The translations under genes were made by a program, and so were the position numbers. The notes beneath the pieces are model-generated. The model saw only the letters and a program-made list of their open reading frames with translations. It had not been told where the DNA came from and made no database searches. Source: a virus. From it: a stretch of DNA of 64,000 nucleotides. Positions 28,747 through 37,053 of this stretch are shown piece after piece; the first letter of the stretch is position 1, and the number at the start of each line of letters is the position of its first letter. Location: IMG/VR virus record IMGVR_UViG_3300007513_001104, one strand, 5' to 3'.

Positions 28747-29177
28747 TTCTTCTCCCATGGAAATACTAACCATCTACTATCATTATAGAGTCTTTCGCCT
28801 TCAAAGTCAATACCCATGTCACCCTTTTTGGAGTAAAGTACAGCCCATTGACTTTCTGGAAAGACATTTCTAATTTGTTTTATTGTTAAACCACTATCAC
28901 ATATATCATCTACAAATAAAATATCGTTTGGATCTTCTGTTGACATTAATGCTACTGATAGGGTATCTTTATTGTGGCCATCTCTAGTTTGCCATTGTAA
29001 AGGTTCAAAAGGAATGTCTAATGCCTGGGATAATATAACTCCTGGAACAAGGCCGCCCCTGCTGATACCTACAATTTTTTTATAATTTCTCTCACTAATT
29101 CTTGCTGCTAAAAGGATACATATTTTGTGCATTTCCTTCCAACCTATATAAATTTTGTCTGTCATTTTGTAAACCAC
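28743..29177 (-). CDS. type I phosphoribosyltransferase (Gpt/xanthine-guanine PRT-like)
   Basis: ISRGGLVPG, PRPP-binding ILFVDDICDSGLT, WLVFPWE. Confidence 0.9.
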   Translation of the reverse strand: MVYKMTDKIYIGWKEMHKICILLAARISERNYKKIVGISRGGLVPGVILSQALDIPFEPLQWQTRDGHNKDTLSVALMSTEDPNDILFVDDICDSGLTIKQIRNVFPESQWAVLYSKKGDMGIDFEGERLYNDSRWLVFPWEKK

Positions 29178-29374
29178 ATTCTAATAGCGAAAACTCTAAT
29201 AATTGCAATACATGTAAAACAACCTGTTAATAATATTGATACTGTAAAGGTTGATAAAGCTAATACATCAATAAAAAGATATAAAAGCATCACACTAATA
29301 GGCCAATTAATTACTAACCCTGTAAAAACTGTAACCAACGATTCTTTAAGTGCTTGCTTCTGTCTCTTATTCAT
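29162..29374 (-). CDS. small two-helix membrane protein
   Basis: Two hydrophobic segments; ES..V..G motif seen in phage membrane proteins. Confidence 0.6.
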   Translation of the reverse strand: MNKRQKQALKESLVTVFTGLVINWPISVMLLYLFIDVLALSTFTVSILLTGCFTCIAIIRVFAIRMWFTK

Positions 29375-29538
29375 AATTTAATTGCTAAAACCATTAGTAT
29401 TGCTATCAATAAAATATTTGTTAAAAATATTTCAAAAGCAAGTATTGTATGATACCATACCCATCTGCTTTGATAGATTTCACTTTCCGTTGTGCCTCCT
29501 GCCTTTTTATCCATCCATTCTAATAATTTATTCTTCAT

Positions 29539-30417
29539 CTATGTGCCCCATGCGTTACCAAATAATGTTATGTGTAGTCTAGGGCTAAACTTATACCCTG
29601 TTTGCATACATGCTTCAGCAACATCTCTTTCTGTTAATGTTTGTTGTTCTAATGTAGCTCCTTCTGGCATACAATAAACAGCGTCTAACTTAACTCCTGC
29701 TTCTGTATATGCCTGAACAAACTCATCTACTTCTTTAAAGTCATCCATATCTCTGACTACAAATTTATTATATAAATGACTGTTATAAACCTTCTGCATT
29801 CCTAATAAAACCTCTGGAACCAATGCATCAAACTGCTCTTCACCTGACAAACTTAATTTAGGTGATGTACTCCATGTCACATGTATATCCTCGCTTGTTT
29901 CATTAAAATAATCTATTAATTGTTGTTGTAAATCTTGTGTCCCGTTAGTTTCAAAAGTAACATTTTTTAAACCAACTCCTTTACACATCTCTAATAGGGC
30001 TGGCCAACACCTTTGCCAACCCAATAGAGGTTCTCCACCTGTTATGACTAAATGGATGTCGTTCGCCTCATCAAACCTGCCGTTAGGTAATAGTTTAACA
30101 ATACGATCAAAAACTTCTTCTAGTGTCTCTGTTAATTGTAAATGTTTATATTTCATAGCCCAGCTCGCAGAACTATCACACCCTACAGGTGTAACAGGTA
30201 ATTCTTCTATGGCTTTGTATGCTTCTGGGTGGTTTTTATCTGCCCTAGGATCTGTAAAGTATGGCATTTCCTCTACAGGTATTATGTTATCTCTTTCTTG
30301 TCCGAAACCTCTACATTCAAAGTTGCAACCAAAGACTCGTAAGAATATACTAGGAACACCTACGAATCTTCCTTCACCTTGTATGCTATAAAATACTTCC
30401 GAATATCTAAGTTTCAT
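29539..30417 (-). CDS. queE: 7-carboxy-7-deazaguanine synthase QueE (radical SAM)
   Basis: EVFYSIQGEG...GVPSIFLR.FGCN..C, CDS, ITGGEP, ETNGT, SPK, SPRLH. Confidence 0.93.
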   Translation of the reverse strand: MKLRYSEVFYSIQGEGRFVGVPSIFLRVFGCNFECRGFGQERDNIIPVEEMPYFTDPRADKNHPEAYKAIEELPVTPVGCDSSASWAMKYKHLQLTETLEEVFDRIVKLLPNGRFDEANDIHLVITGGEPLLGWQRCWPALLEMCKGVGLKNVTFETNGTQDLQQQLIDYFNETSEDIHVTWSTSPKLSLSGEEQFDALVPEVLLGMQKVYNSHLYNKFVVRDMDDFKEVDEFVQAYTEAGVKLDAVYCMPEGATLEQQTLTERDVAEACMQTGYKFSPRLHITLFGNAWGT

Positions 30418-30425
30418 TATGTGAT

Positions 30426-30455
30426 ATTATATATGATCAAACAACCAATTGTCAA
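30426..30455 (-). promoter_or_regulatory. sigma70-type promoter heading the queE-dpd cluster
   Basis: TTGACA-N18-TATAAT just upstream of the queE ATG. Confidence 0.6.
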
Positions 30456-31052
30456 TTACTTACTTGCCCGTTTTGCCTTTTCTTCTTCTTCCCTAATTTT
30501 TTTGTCTAAATATTTTGGACGACGTGGTGTAACCTTTTTACCTTCTTGGGCTTTATCTGCCTTTACATTGTCTGCTTCAAGCTGTTCAATAATTCCTCTC
30601 ATATAACTAAGATATTCGTTGGAATGTTCTGAACCATCAGCGCCTTGTGCTAAAATTTGTTCTATATCTAGACTCTTAATGTATTTAAATTTAGTTTCCA
30701 TTTGACGTTTCTCTTTTTGGATACGTCTAATGAAAGCGTAGTATGTGATTTGTGTAAAGTACGCAAAAGGGTTTTTAGATTTAGCTGGATCAAAGTTGTC
30801 CATATATGTAAGACAATTTTCAATACCATCTAGAATCATTTCATCTCTAAATGTGTAGTTTACAAAGTTTGATTTGAAGGCCAAGTGGTTTGCTATTTTA
30901 ACAAAGCACTCACCTATATAGTTTGTGACTTGTGGTTTTGGTTCCCCACATGCCTCAGCTTCTAATCTCTTTTCTCTATACGCGCTTATCTTTTCAAGGA
31001 ATTCCTTGTTGTTTATATAGTGAGCCGAGTTAGGGTCTCTCCTTTTTGCCAT
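30456..31052 (-). CDS. gp55: late-transcription sigma factor (gp55)
   Basis: HYINNKEF, NF.NYTFRDEMI.DGIENC, NPFAYFTQI.YYAF.RRI.KEK. Confidence 0.97.
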   Translation of the reverse strand: MAKRRDPNSAHYINNKEFLEKISAYREKRLEAEACGEPKPQVTNYIGECFVKIANHLAFKSNFVNYTFRDEMILDGIENCLTYMDNFDPAKSKNPFAYFTQITYYAFIRRIQKEKRQMETKFKYIKSLDIEQILAQGADGSEHSNEYLSYMRGIIEQLEADNVKADKAQEGKKVTPRRPKYLDKKIREEEEKAKRASK

Positions 31053-31061
31053 AATATACTC

Positions 31062-31472
31062 CTAATGTATTTTCTTTTCAAGAACAGCGTTAGCTAATTC
31101 CTCCAATAATTCTAAGTCTAATTCAGGTTCCTCTCTGGATTCTATAGGATCTTCTTCTATAAAGTCCCCTCTCCAGTCCGGTGTATTAAAATATATAGAC
31201 TTAACCATTCTATAATAACCAGGAACAAAATTTTCTTGTAAGTTTGCTACTGTAATAACATTTCTTTTTTCTATAGAAAATATTTGCTCTTCTGATACTG
31301 CTATCCATGGACGTAAATTAATAGACTCTCCCAATATACCTTGTGGTGTAGGCATAATTTGTGGTACTAGCTCTATAGGATGTTCTATATTCACTACGTC
31401 ATCTCCATAACTAATTTTGCCAACAAGAGTTGATCCATCCATTAGTTTAACGATACTTATTTGTTCAGACAT
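31062..31472 (-). CDS. conserved hypothetical protein (Sm-like) between uvsW and gp55
   Basis: IVKLMDGSTLVG...LRPWI pattern; conserved position. Confidence 0.6.
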   Translation of the reverse strand: MSEQISIVKLMDGSTLVGKISYGDDVVNIEHPIELVPQIMPTPQGILGESINLRPWIAVSEEQIFSIEKRNVITVANLQENFVPGYYRMVKSIYFNTPDWRGDFIEEDPIESREEPELDLELLEELANAVLEKKIH

Positions 31473-32922
31473 TTATTTTAACCAATTTATAATTAAACCC
31501 TTCTTCGTTATAAAGTTTAATCCTTTCTATTAAATGATTTAATGTATAGTTCTTGTGAGACTTCCATGATAAATCGTCTCCAATATCAAACAAGTTACAT
31601 ACAACCTTTTTGTCTCCTTTACGAAGTCCTCTACCTATTGACTGTAAGTTTCTAATTCTACTTTTGCTTGGTGAGGCAAAGACAATATTATGTAGGTTCC
31701 TTATATTTATACCCGTAGAAAATGTGCCATATGAGGCAATTATAATTGCGTTTTCTTCTTTTTCTGTTAATGCTCTTATTTCTTCTCTAGTTTCTGTGTC
31801 AGTGCCTCCATGGACAAAGAACACAGAACGATCTTCATCTTTTAGCATGTTGTATAACACCTGTCCATGCTTTTCTACGAACTGAAATAGTAATAATGTA
31901 TTGCCGTCTTGTGCTTTGGTTAGGTTTTTAATAATTTCATTACGTTCAGGGTTAGTAACAAGCCAATCTATCTCTTCTTGATATGTTTTCTTTTTCATAT
32001 CTTTCTTTTCAGCATCTTTATAATTTAATGTACAACAAACAATTTTTAAGTTAGCTAATTGGTTATCATCCATTAATTTTTTAGTTGTAGTAACCTTATG
32101 TACTGGTCCAAATGTTCCTTCCAATACTAATTTATGAGTCTTTGTGCCGTCTAGTGTACCCGTAGTCCCGATCCTATAGGGTGTGTTAGTACATTTATTC
32201 ATTAAAGTTGTAAGGGATTTAGCCTTAAATAAATGAGCCTCATCGCCATAGAATACATCAAAGTCTTTGAACCATGCTTTTGGATACTTGTATATTGATT
32301 GCCATGTACTAATAGTTATTGGCCATTCATTAGTCTTATCTTTGCCACCATATATTCTATGACAGTTTTCTGAAACTTTCCACGGGTCTGCACTAGCATA
32401 GTCCTCAAAATCACCATACATCTGTTCTACTAATGATGTTGTTGGTACTACAATAAGTTGCTTACGTCCTCTTGCTTGGTGATACCTTACAAGAGAATAT
32501 ATAATAAGAGACTTACCACTAGCAGTGGGAGAAAGAAGTAAAGATCTACCTTGTTTAATACAATGATCAACTGCGTCCCTCTGATAGTCCCTAATTTGAA
32601 TCGCTTTTCCATTAGCATGTAACCTTAATGAGTCTGTTAATAATTTTACGTCTGTTTGTTCGCCAATTTTATCTATGTCTAATTCTATATCATATTCTAA
32701 TGTGTTGGCAAACTCTTTTAAGTAAGGTAGTAACCCTACATATAATTCCTTGGTGTATAAACTATATAGTCTTGCTTTACCGTCCCACATTCTGTTTCTA
32801 TATAGTGGCATAAACCTAGCGCCTGGAACATCAAAAGTAAAGAAGTCACATATCTCTTGATCAGTACTCATGTCTGTATCTATTTTTAAATATACTGAAT
32901 CCTTTTGTCTTACTTTTATCAA
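31465..32922 (-). CDS. uvsW: DNA helicase UvsW
   Basis: RDYQ, SPTASGKS, DEAH, TGT, FSTGINI, QSIGRGLR. Confidence 0.96.
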   Translation of the reverse strand: MIKVRQKDSVYLKIDTDMSTDQEICDFFTFDVPGARFMPLYRNRMWDGKARLYSLYTKELYVGLLPYLKEFANTLEYDIELDIDKIGEQTDVKLLTDSLRLHANGKAIQIRDYQRDAVDHCIKQGRSLLLSPTASGKSLIIYSLVRYHQARGRKQLIVVPTTSLVEQMYGDFEDYASADPWKVSENCHRIYGGKDKTNEWPITISTWQSIYKYPKAWFKDFDVFYGDEAHLFKAKSLTTLMNKCTNTPYRIGTTGTLDGTKTHKLVLEGTFGPVHKVTTTKKLMDDNQLANLKIVCCTLNYKDAEKKDMKKKTYQEEIDWLVTNPERNEIIKNLTKAQDGNTLLLFQFVEKHGQVLYNMLKDEDRSVFFVHGGTDTETREEIRALTEKEENAIIIASYGTFSTGINIRNLHNIVFASPSKSRIRNLQSIGRGLRKGDKKVVCNLFDIGDDLSWKSHKNYTLNHLIERIKLYNEEGFNYKLVKINV

Positions 32923-32958
32923 AACTTTTTTTGCTCCAAAAAGGTCGTCATTTTTTTC
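32914..32958. repeat. A/T-tract element copy 2 (upstream of uvsW)
   Basis: Near-identical to 9292-9337. Confidence 0.7.
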
Positions 32959-32961
32959 TCA

Positions 32962-33405
32962 CTATAAAAGGCCGTTAGTAAACTTGGTCCATTCAATAGC
33001 GTTTTTAATATCGAAGGAACGGCTATTTAAGGACCTCATAACACCCTCTAATAGGGTTATACAAGTGTCTATATACTCTACTTTATCTGTTAATGTTATA
33101 ACATCTGGATCTGTATCTAAGAAGTCATTCATTTGATTATTTAAAGGAGCATTGCCTAGGTACTGATCCCAACCAAACTCATTAAGTTCTTGTTGAGTCA
33201 ATTCTCCTCGATAATATCTCCACTTGAGACGTCTTAGGGTTAATAGGTTTGATTTGTTTTTTCGTAACTGTAATTTGAACGTGGATAACATACCTAAATA
33301 CTTGGAATGTAGTTCTGGTATTTTAGTAGACTCTTGACCCAGATTTAACTCATCAATTTTGCAGTCTTCCTGCCACATTTCTTGTATTTCATTTAATTTA
33401 ATCAT
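32962..33405 (-). CDS. uvsY: recombination mediator UvsY
   Basis: W.ED.KID, IP.LHSKY, YYRG, IKNAIEW.KF; synteny. Confidence 0.93.
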   Translation of the reverse strand: MIKLNEIQEMWQEDCKIDELNLGQESTKIPELHSKYLGMLSTFKLQLRKNKSNLLTLRRLKWRYYRGELTQQELNEFGWDQYLGNAPLNNQMNDFLDTDPDVITLTDKVEYIDTCITLLEGVMRSLNSRSFDIKNAIEWTKFTNGLL

Positions 33406-33411
33406 AACATA

Positions 33412-33440
33412 AGTATAGAGTATTTCTAACTAAGAATCAA
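33412..33440 (-). promoter_or_regulatory. sigma70-type promoter upstream of uvsY
   Basis: TTGATT-N17-TATACT. Confidence 0.55.
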
Positions 33441-33455
33441 GTAATAATAATACCG

Positions 33456-34343
33456 TTATGCGCCGGAAACGTCAGTAATTGTAATATTAATGTCTTGTTT
33501 TACTGTTGTTGTGCCATCTGTGACGCTAACTGTTGTTGTATAACTGTTCTTAGTTTCATAATCTGGTGCTGAGCTGAATATTAATACTCCTGTTGATGAA
33601 TTTATACTCATGGAGCTTGCATCACCTCCAGCTATACTATAAGTTAGGGTATTATTTTCAGGATCGGTAGCTACAATGGTACCAATTGCTGTTTGGTTCT
33701 CTGCTGCCCAGAAATAAGCAGACGATGTAATAGTTGGTCCTACATTAGTGGGTACAAATGCCACAGGCGGTGTTGTTGTTTCAATTAAGAAGTCCCTGTA
33801 TCTAAACATGGCAACACCAACCATATAGTCTGTGTTCCCGGTAGATATTTCAAAATCTAATCCCTGTAAACTAACAGGAAAAGCATCTCTGAATATAATA
33901 TTAGTAATTGGATTGTTATTTGAATCTAATAGAAATAAGGTAGCATCTGAAGACATGAATGGTTTCTTTTCAACATCTGGAAATCTATAACTTTGAGACT
34001 CTTCAAACTTTGTATGCTGCTCATGATCTTCTGGAAATCCTAATCCAATCATCCAATCATATAACTCTTTATAATTTTTCATGTCCTCTTGTATCAAGAA
34101 ACGTATCATTAATACACCAAAATCTAATTTCTCTCCTGCATAAGGTATATCAACAAGTGGTGTCGGTAATACTGCAGGTGGTAGGTTCATTTCTGGAATG
34201 TTTGCTGCTTGACAGAAGTAAGATACGTTAGGAATGTTATGAACTTGAAATTTAAAAGCATTAGGACGTAAATAGTCTAGTTCATTAGGGTTTCTACTAT
34301 CCCAGCTTGCCTCTGTTACGTTTGTTATGTTCGTTGTTGTCAT
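33456..34343 (-). CDS. gp3: tail completion/terminator protein gp3 with C-terminal cadherin-like domain
   Basis: FKF....PNVSYFCQ.ANIP, F.I.EDM.NY.E..DW, DATL, F.D.FPVSL; C-terminal AENQT..GT..ATDPE...LTYSI...PDYETK cadherin motifs. Confidence 0.85.
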   Translation of the reverse strand: MTTTNITNVTEASWDSRNPNELDYLRPNAFKFQVHNIPNVSYFCQAANIPEMNLPPAVLPTPLVDIPYAGEKLDFGVLMIRFLIQEDMKNYKELYDWMIGLGFPEDHEQHTKFEESQSYRFPDVEKKPFMSSDATLFLLDSNNNPITNIIFRDAFPVSLQGLDFEISTGNTDYMVGVAMFRYRDFLIETTTPPVAFVPTNVGPTITSSAYFWAAENQTAIGTIVATDPENNTLTYSIAGGDASSMSINSSTGVLIFSSAPDYETKNSYTTTVSVTDGTTTVKQDINITITDVSGA

Positions 34344-34504
34344 CTACCTTGTCCTCTGTATTTCTTATGACTTCTTTTCTTATGCTTATTCATCGTTGAA
34401 GTTGATATTTTTATTTTTCTACCTCTTCCGCCTTGTCCTATTGACGAAGACTTTCTTTTATGTACATTTAGTCTACTTAATGTTGATCTCCAAATCTTTG
34501 CCAT
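34340..34504 (-). CDS. small very basic protein (54 aa, ends KKYRGQGR)
   Basis: Read by hand: MAKIWRSTLSRLNVHKRKSSSIGQGGRGRKIKISTSTMNKHKKRSHKKYRGQGR; a family I recognise from marine T4-like phages. Confidence 0.75.
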   Translation of the reverse strand: MAKIWRSTLSRLNVHKRKSSSIGQGGRGRKIKISTSTMNKHKKRSHKKYRGQGR

Positions 34505-34825
34505 TTAAAATCCTACTGATACACCACAACCACAAGAAGCTTGTTCCATTGGATTATGAAATTCAAAACCTTCATTTAATCCTTCTTTCTTCCAACTAAT
34601 AATTGTTCCATCTAAATACATTTCTGACATAGGACATATCCACATCTTGAATTTACCATAATCAATTTCAACGTCTCCTTTTTGTGGCTCGTCCGCATAA
34701 TCAAATTCATATTGAAATCCTGCACAACCACCACCCATTAAGGCAAAACGTATGCCTGCTCTTTTATTTCTTTCCACTTTCTCTATCGCCTTTATCATTG
34801 CATCATCAGTGAAATCTATATTCAA
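34505..34825 (-). CDS. iscA: Fe-S carrier IscA/HesB family
   Basis: GGGCAGFQY, YLDGT, F.NP...SCGCGVS. Confidence 0.92.
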   Translation of the reverse strand: MNIDFTDDAMIKAIEKVERNKRAGIRFALMGGGCAGFQYEFDYADEPQKGDVEIDYGKFKMWICPMSEMYLDGTIISWKKEGLNEGFEFHNPMEQASCGCGVSVGF

Positions 34826-35265
34826 TCGGGTCCTCCGTTGTGTTTTCTATGTTTCTTCTCTTCCCAATTAGTTATTGCCTGGTTTATACTAGCTTCTGCT
34901 AATACAGAACAATGTAACTTAATAGGTGGTAAATCAAGTGCTTTAGCTATGTCTCTATCTTTAATAAGCTTAGCTTCATCAATAGTTCTACCCTTAAGCA
35001 TGTCTACAAACATTGTTGAGCTTGCTATTGCTGAGCCACAACCATAAGTCTTAAATTTTACATCTAAAATTGTATCCGTCTCCGGATCTAATTTGAGATC
35101 TAACTTCATGACGTCTCCACATGCTGGTGCTCCTGTCATTCCAGTGGCAACATCTGGATCATTAGGATCAAATCTGCCTACTGCGTGTTTCTCTGGATTT
35201 TTTAATACTGATTCAAATCTTTCTACTACCTCTTTACTATACACCATACGGCCTCCGTTATTCAA
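34822..35265 (-). CDS. iscU: Fe-S scaffold IscU
   Basis: GAPACGDVM, FKTYGCGSAIASS and LPPIKLHCS; all three Cys present; start probably MVYSKEV. Confidence 0.95.
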   Translation of the reverse strand: MNNGGRMVYSKEVVERFESVLKNPEKHAVGRFDPNDPDVATGMTGAPACGDVMKLDLKLDPETDTILDVKFKTYGCGSAIASSTMFVDMLKGRTIDEAKLIKDRDIAKALDLPPIKLHCSVLAEASINQAITNWEEKKHRKHNGGPD

Positions 35266-35268
35266 TAG

Positions 35269-35276
35269 TATTTATA
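35269..35276 (-). promoter_or_regulatory. late promoter for iscU-iscA-gp3
   Basis: TATAAATA. Confidence 0.7.
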
Positions 35277-35321
35277 ATACTTTCTTTGTAACCATAAGTA
35301 AAGAAGGTTGAATACCATTTG

Positions 35322-35329
35322 TATAAATA
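35322..35329 (+). promoter_or_regulatory. late promoter (plus strand, divergent)
   Basis: TATAAATA upstream of the 35429 ORF. Confidence 0.7.
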
Positions 35330-35335
35330 ATATTA

Positions 35336-35406
35336 CAGTAGGGGGTGACATTGCTAAAGTTACCACAATATTTCCGAGCATCATAACAGGATGCCTACTG
35401 CAATTG
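35336..35406 (+). ncRNA. putative structured 5' leader (three-way junction)
   Basis: CAGTAG/CTACTG closing helix enclosing GGTGAC/GTTACC and GCATC/GATGC hairpins. Confidence 0.4.
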
Positions 35407-35429
35407 ACACATACACACAGGAGAAAATT

Positions 35430-35666
35430 ATGTCAGATAATAAATCAGGGTTCGAAATCAGAGCCGACCTACTAAACCAAGCCCAAGGTATCCTACAGGA
35501 TAACCGTTCAAGTAAAATGGATTGGTATCACAATCAAGTATGCAGAGCACAAGACAATAAAGATGTTGCGTGGCCTGAATATCCACAAGAAGCTTTGGCA
35601 CCTATAACAGCTCAAGATGTTATTGCCGTAGCTAAACAATTTAACGAATTCGTTAATCAAAAATAG
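35430..35666 (+). CDS. conserved hypothetical protein
   Basis: MSDNKSGFEIRADLL...DVIAVAKQFNEFV; SD AGGAG; track ORF starts 35391. Confidence 0.75.
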   Translation: MSDNKSGFEIRADLLNQAQGILQDNRSSKMDWYHNQVCRAQDNKDVAWPEYPQEALAPITAQDVIAVAKQFNEFVNQK

Positions 35667-35677
35667 CGCAAGCAGAT

Positions 35678-35708
35678 AAAAAAATACCCGCCGACCGGCG
35701 GGTATTTT
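35678..35708. terminator. bidirectional intrinsic terminator downstream of gp23
   Basis: AAAATACCCGCC-GACC-GGCGGGTATTTT inverted repeat between convergent genes. Confidence 0.9.
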
Positions 35709-35728
35709 AAGTGTGAACTTAATAAAAA

Positions 35729-36994
35729 TTACATTAAGTTTGTAACTTTTACTGATCTATAATACTGGTTACGATCTGCTGTAAATGTGTCAGCATCTGT
35801 AGTTCCGTTAGCCTGCATTACAAACGGGTTAGCAATCATGCCATACCTAGTTTTGAAACCAATCTTAGGTTGGAATGTGCTTGGGTCAATAGCCCTTACC
35901 ATTTGTAGTGGGACGTATGGACAGTAGAAAAGACCGGCGTCATAAGGGCTAGTGCCTTTATAACCACAAACATAGAACTGACTAGCAGCTCCTGTGTTTG
36001 CTGAATAAGGGTCAATGTAAACTCTGTAACGACCGTTTAGAACTCCGGCAAATGTATTACCTGTGTCATCAACATTTAAATTAGTTGATAATGCTGGAGC
36101 ATAGTCTAAAACGCCTGCCATTGCAAGAGCACTAGCTACGTCTGAAGAACAGATAATAAAGTTACCTTTTCCTCTACGTGTGTCTTGTGCAATTACGTTA
36201 GCATCTCGTTCAATGTTAAACAATAGACCTTTAAATCTTTCTACAGACCACCTACCGTTACTGTCAACATCTAAGTCAAATGTTCCAGCAGTAGCAGTTG
36301 AGGCTGAGCCTGTTTTTGCTACTTTGTAAATAGTTCTGATAACCTCACGGTTAATTTCTGCAAGTATTTCCTGTGAAAGGATATTACTTAGCTCGGATTC
36401 TGCATCCAACCCGTGAACAGCTTTCAAATCTTGTGCAAGTTCAACTGTGTATTCTGCTTTAAGTGCTCTTGACTTAGCAGTAACAGTTGTCTTCTCGATT
36501 GAGAATGCCATTTCTTGTAGGGTAGTTGAGTCTCCGAAGCCTTCTGCAGTGCTTGTAGATACGCCTGTGCCAGTTGTGTAAGAACCGTCTACTGGATTAG
36601 CTCCAGCGTGTGTTCCTGCACCCGAAAAGTCTGTATCTGCTTCGTTAAATAAAGCCTCTGTACCAGTTTGACTAGTATAGTGTGACTTCATTGCGAAGAT
36701 AAGACCTGTTGGGCCTGACATAGGTTGTACGCCACAAACGTCATACGCCATAAGGTTAGGCAAAGCACGTCTAACTAACGATATTAATATCGGATCATAG
36801 TTATCAACGCTTGCACCTGTTTGGTTTGCATGTGTAGCCTCGAAAAGAGCTTCCTTCTCCTCACGGAGAGCTTTCTCCTGATTTTCAAGGACTACTGTGG
36901 TAACTGCGCGCTTATATGGATCTTTGATCTCATTAAGATCAGGATGCTCAAGTACGGGCTGCCACTTTTTCTGTAGTTCTTCTGAAAGATACAT
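35729..36994 (-). CDS. gp23: major capsid protein (gp23)
   Basis: KW.PVL.H, VQPMSGPTGLIFAM, SRALKAEYT.ELAQDLKAVHGLDAE, YCPYVPL, FQPKIGFKTRYG. Confidence 0.99.
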   Translation of the reverse strand: MYLSEELQKKWQPVLEHPDLNEIKDPYKRAVTTVVLENQEKALREEKEALFEATHANQTGASVDNYDPILISLVRRALPNLMAYDVCGVQPMSGPTGLIFAMKSHYTSQTGTEALFNEADTDFSGAGTHAGANPVDGSYTTGTGVSTSTAEGFGDSTTLQEMAFSIEKTTVTAKSRALKAEYTVELAQDLKAVHGLDAESELSNILSQEILAEINREVIRTIYKVAKTGSASTATAGTFDLDVDSNGRWSVERFKGLLFNIERDANVIAQDTRRGKGNFIICSSDVASALAMAGVLDYAPALSTNLNVDDTGNTFAGVLNGRYRVYIDPYSANTGAASQFYVCGYKGTSPYDAGLFYCPYVPLQMVRAIDPSTFQPKIGFKTRYGMIANPFVMQANGTTDADTFTADRNQYYRSVKVTNLM

Positions 36995-37039
36995 CAGTTT
37001 CTCCTTGTTTTACGTTTGTTATTTAATTTATAACCTAAT

Positions 37040-37047
37040 TATTTATA
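37040..37047 (-). promoter_or_regulatory. late promoter for gp23
   Basis: TATAAATA. Confidence 0.85.
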
Positions 37048-37053
37048 AAAAAT

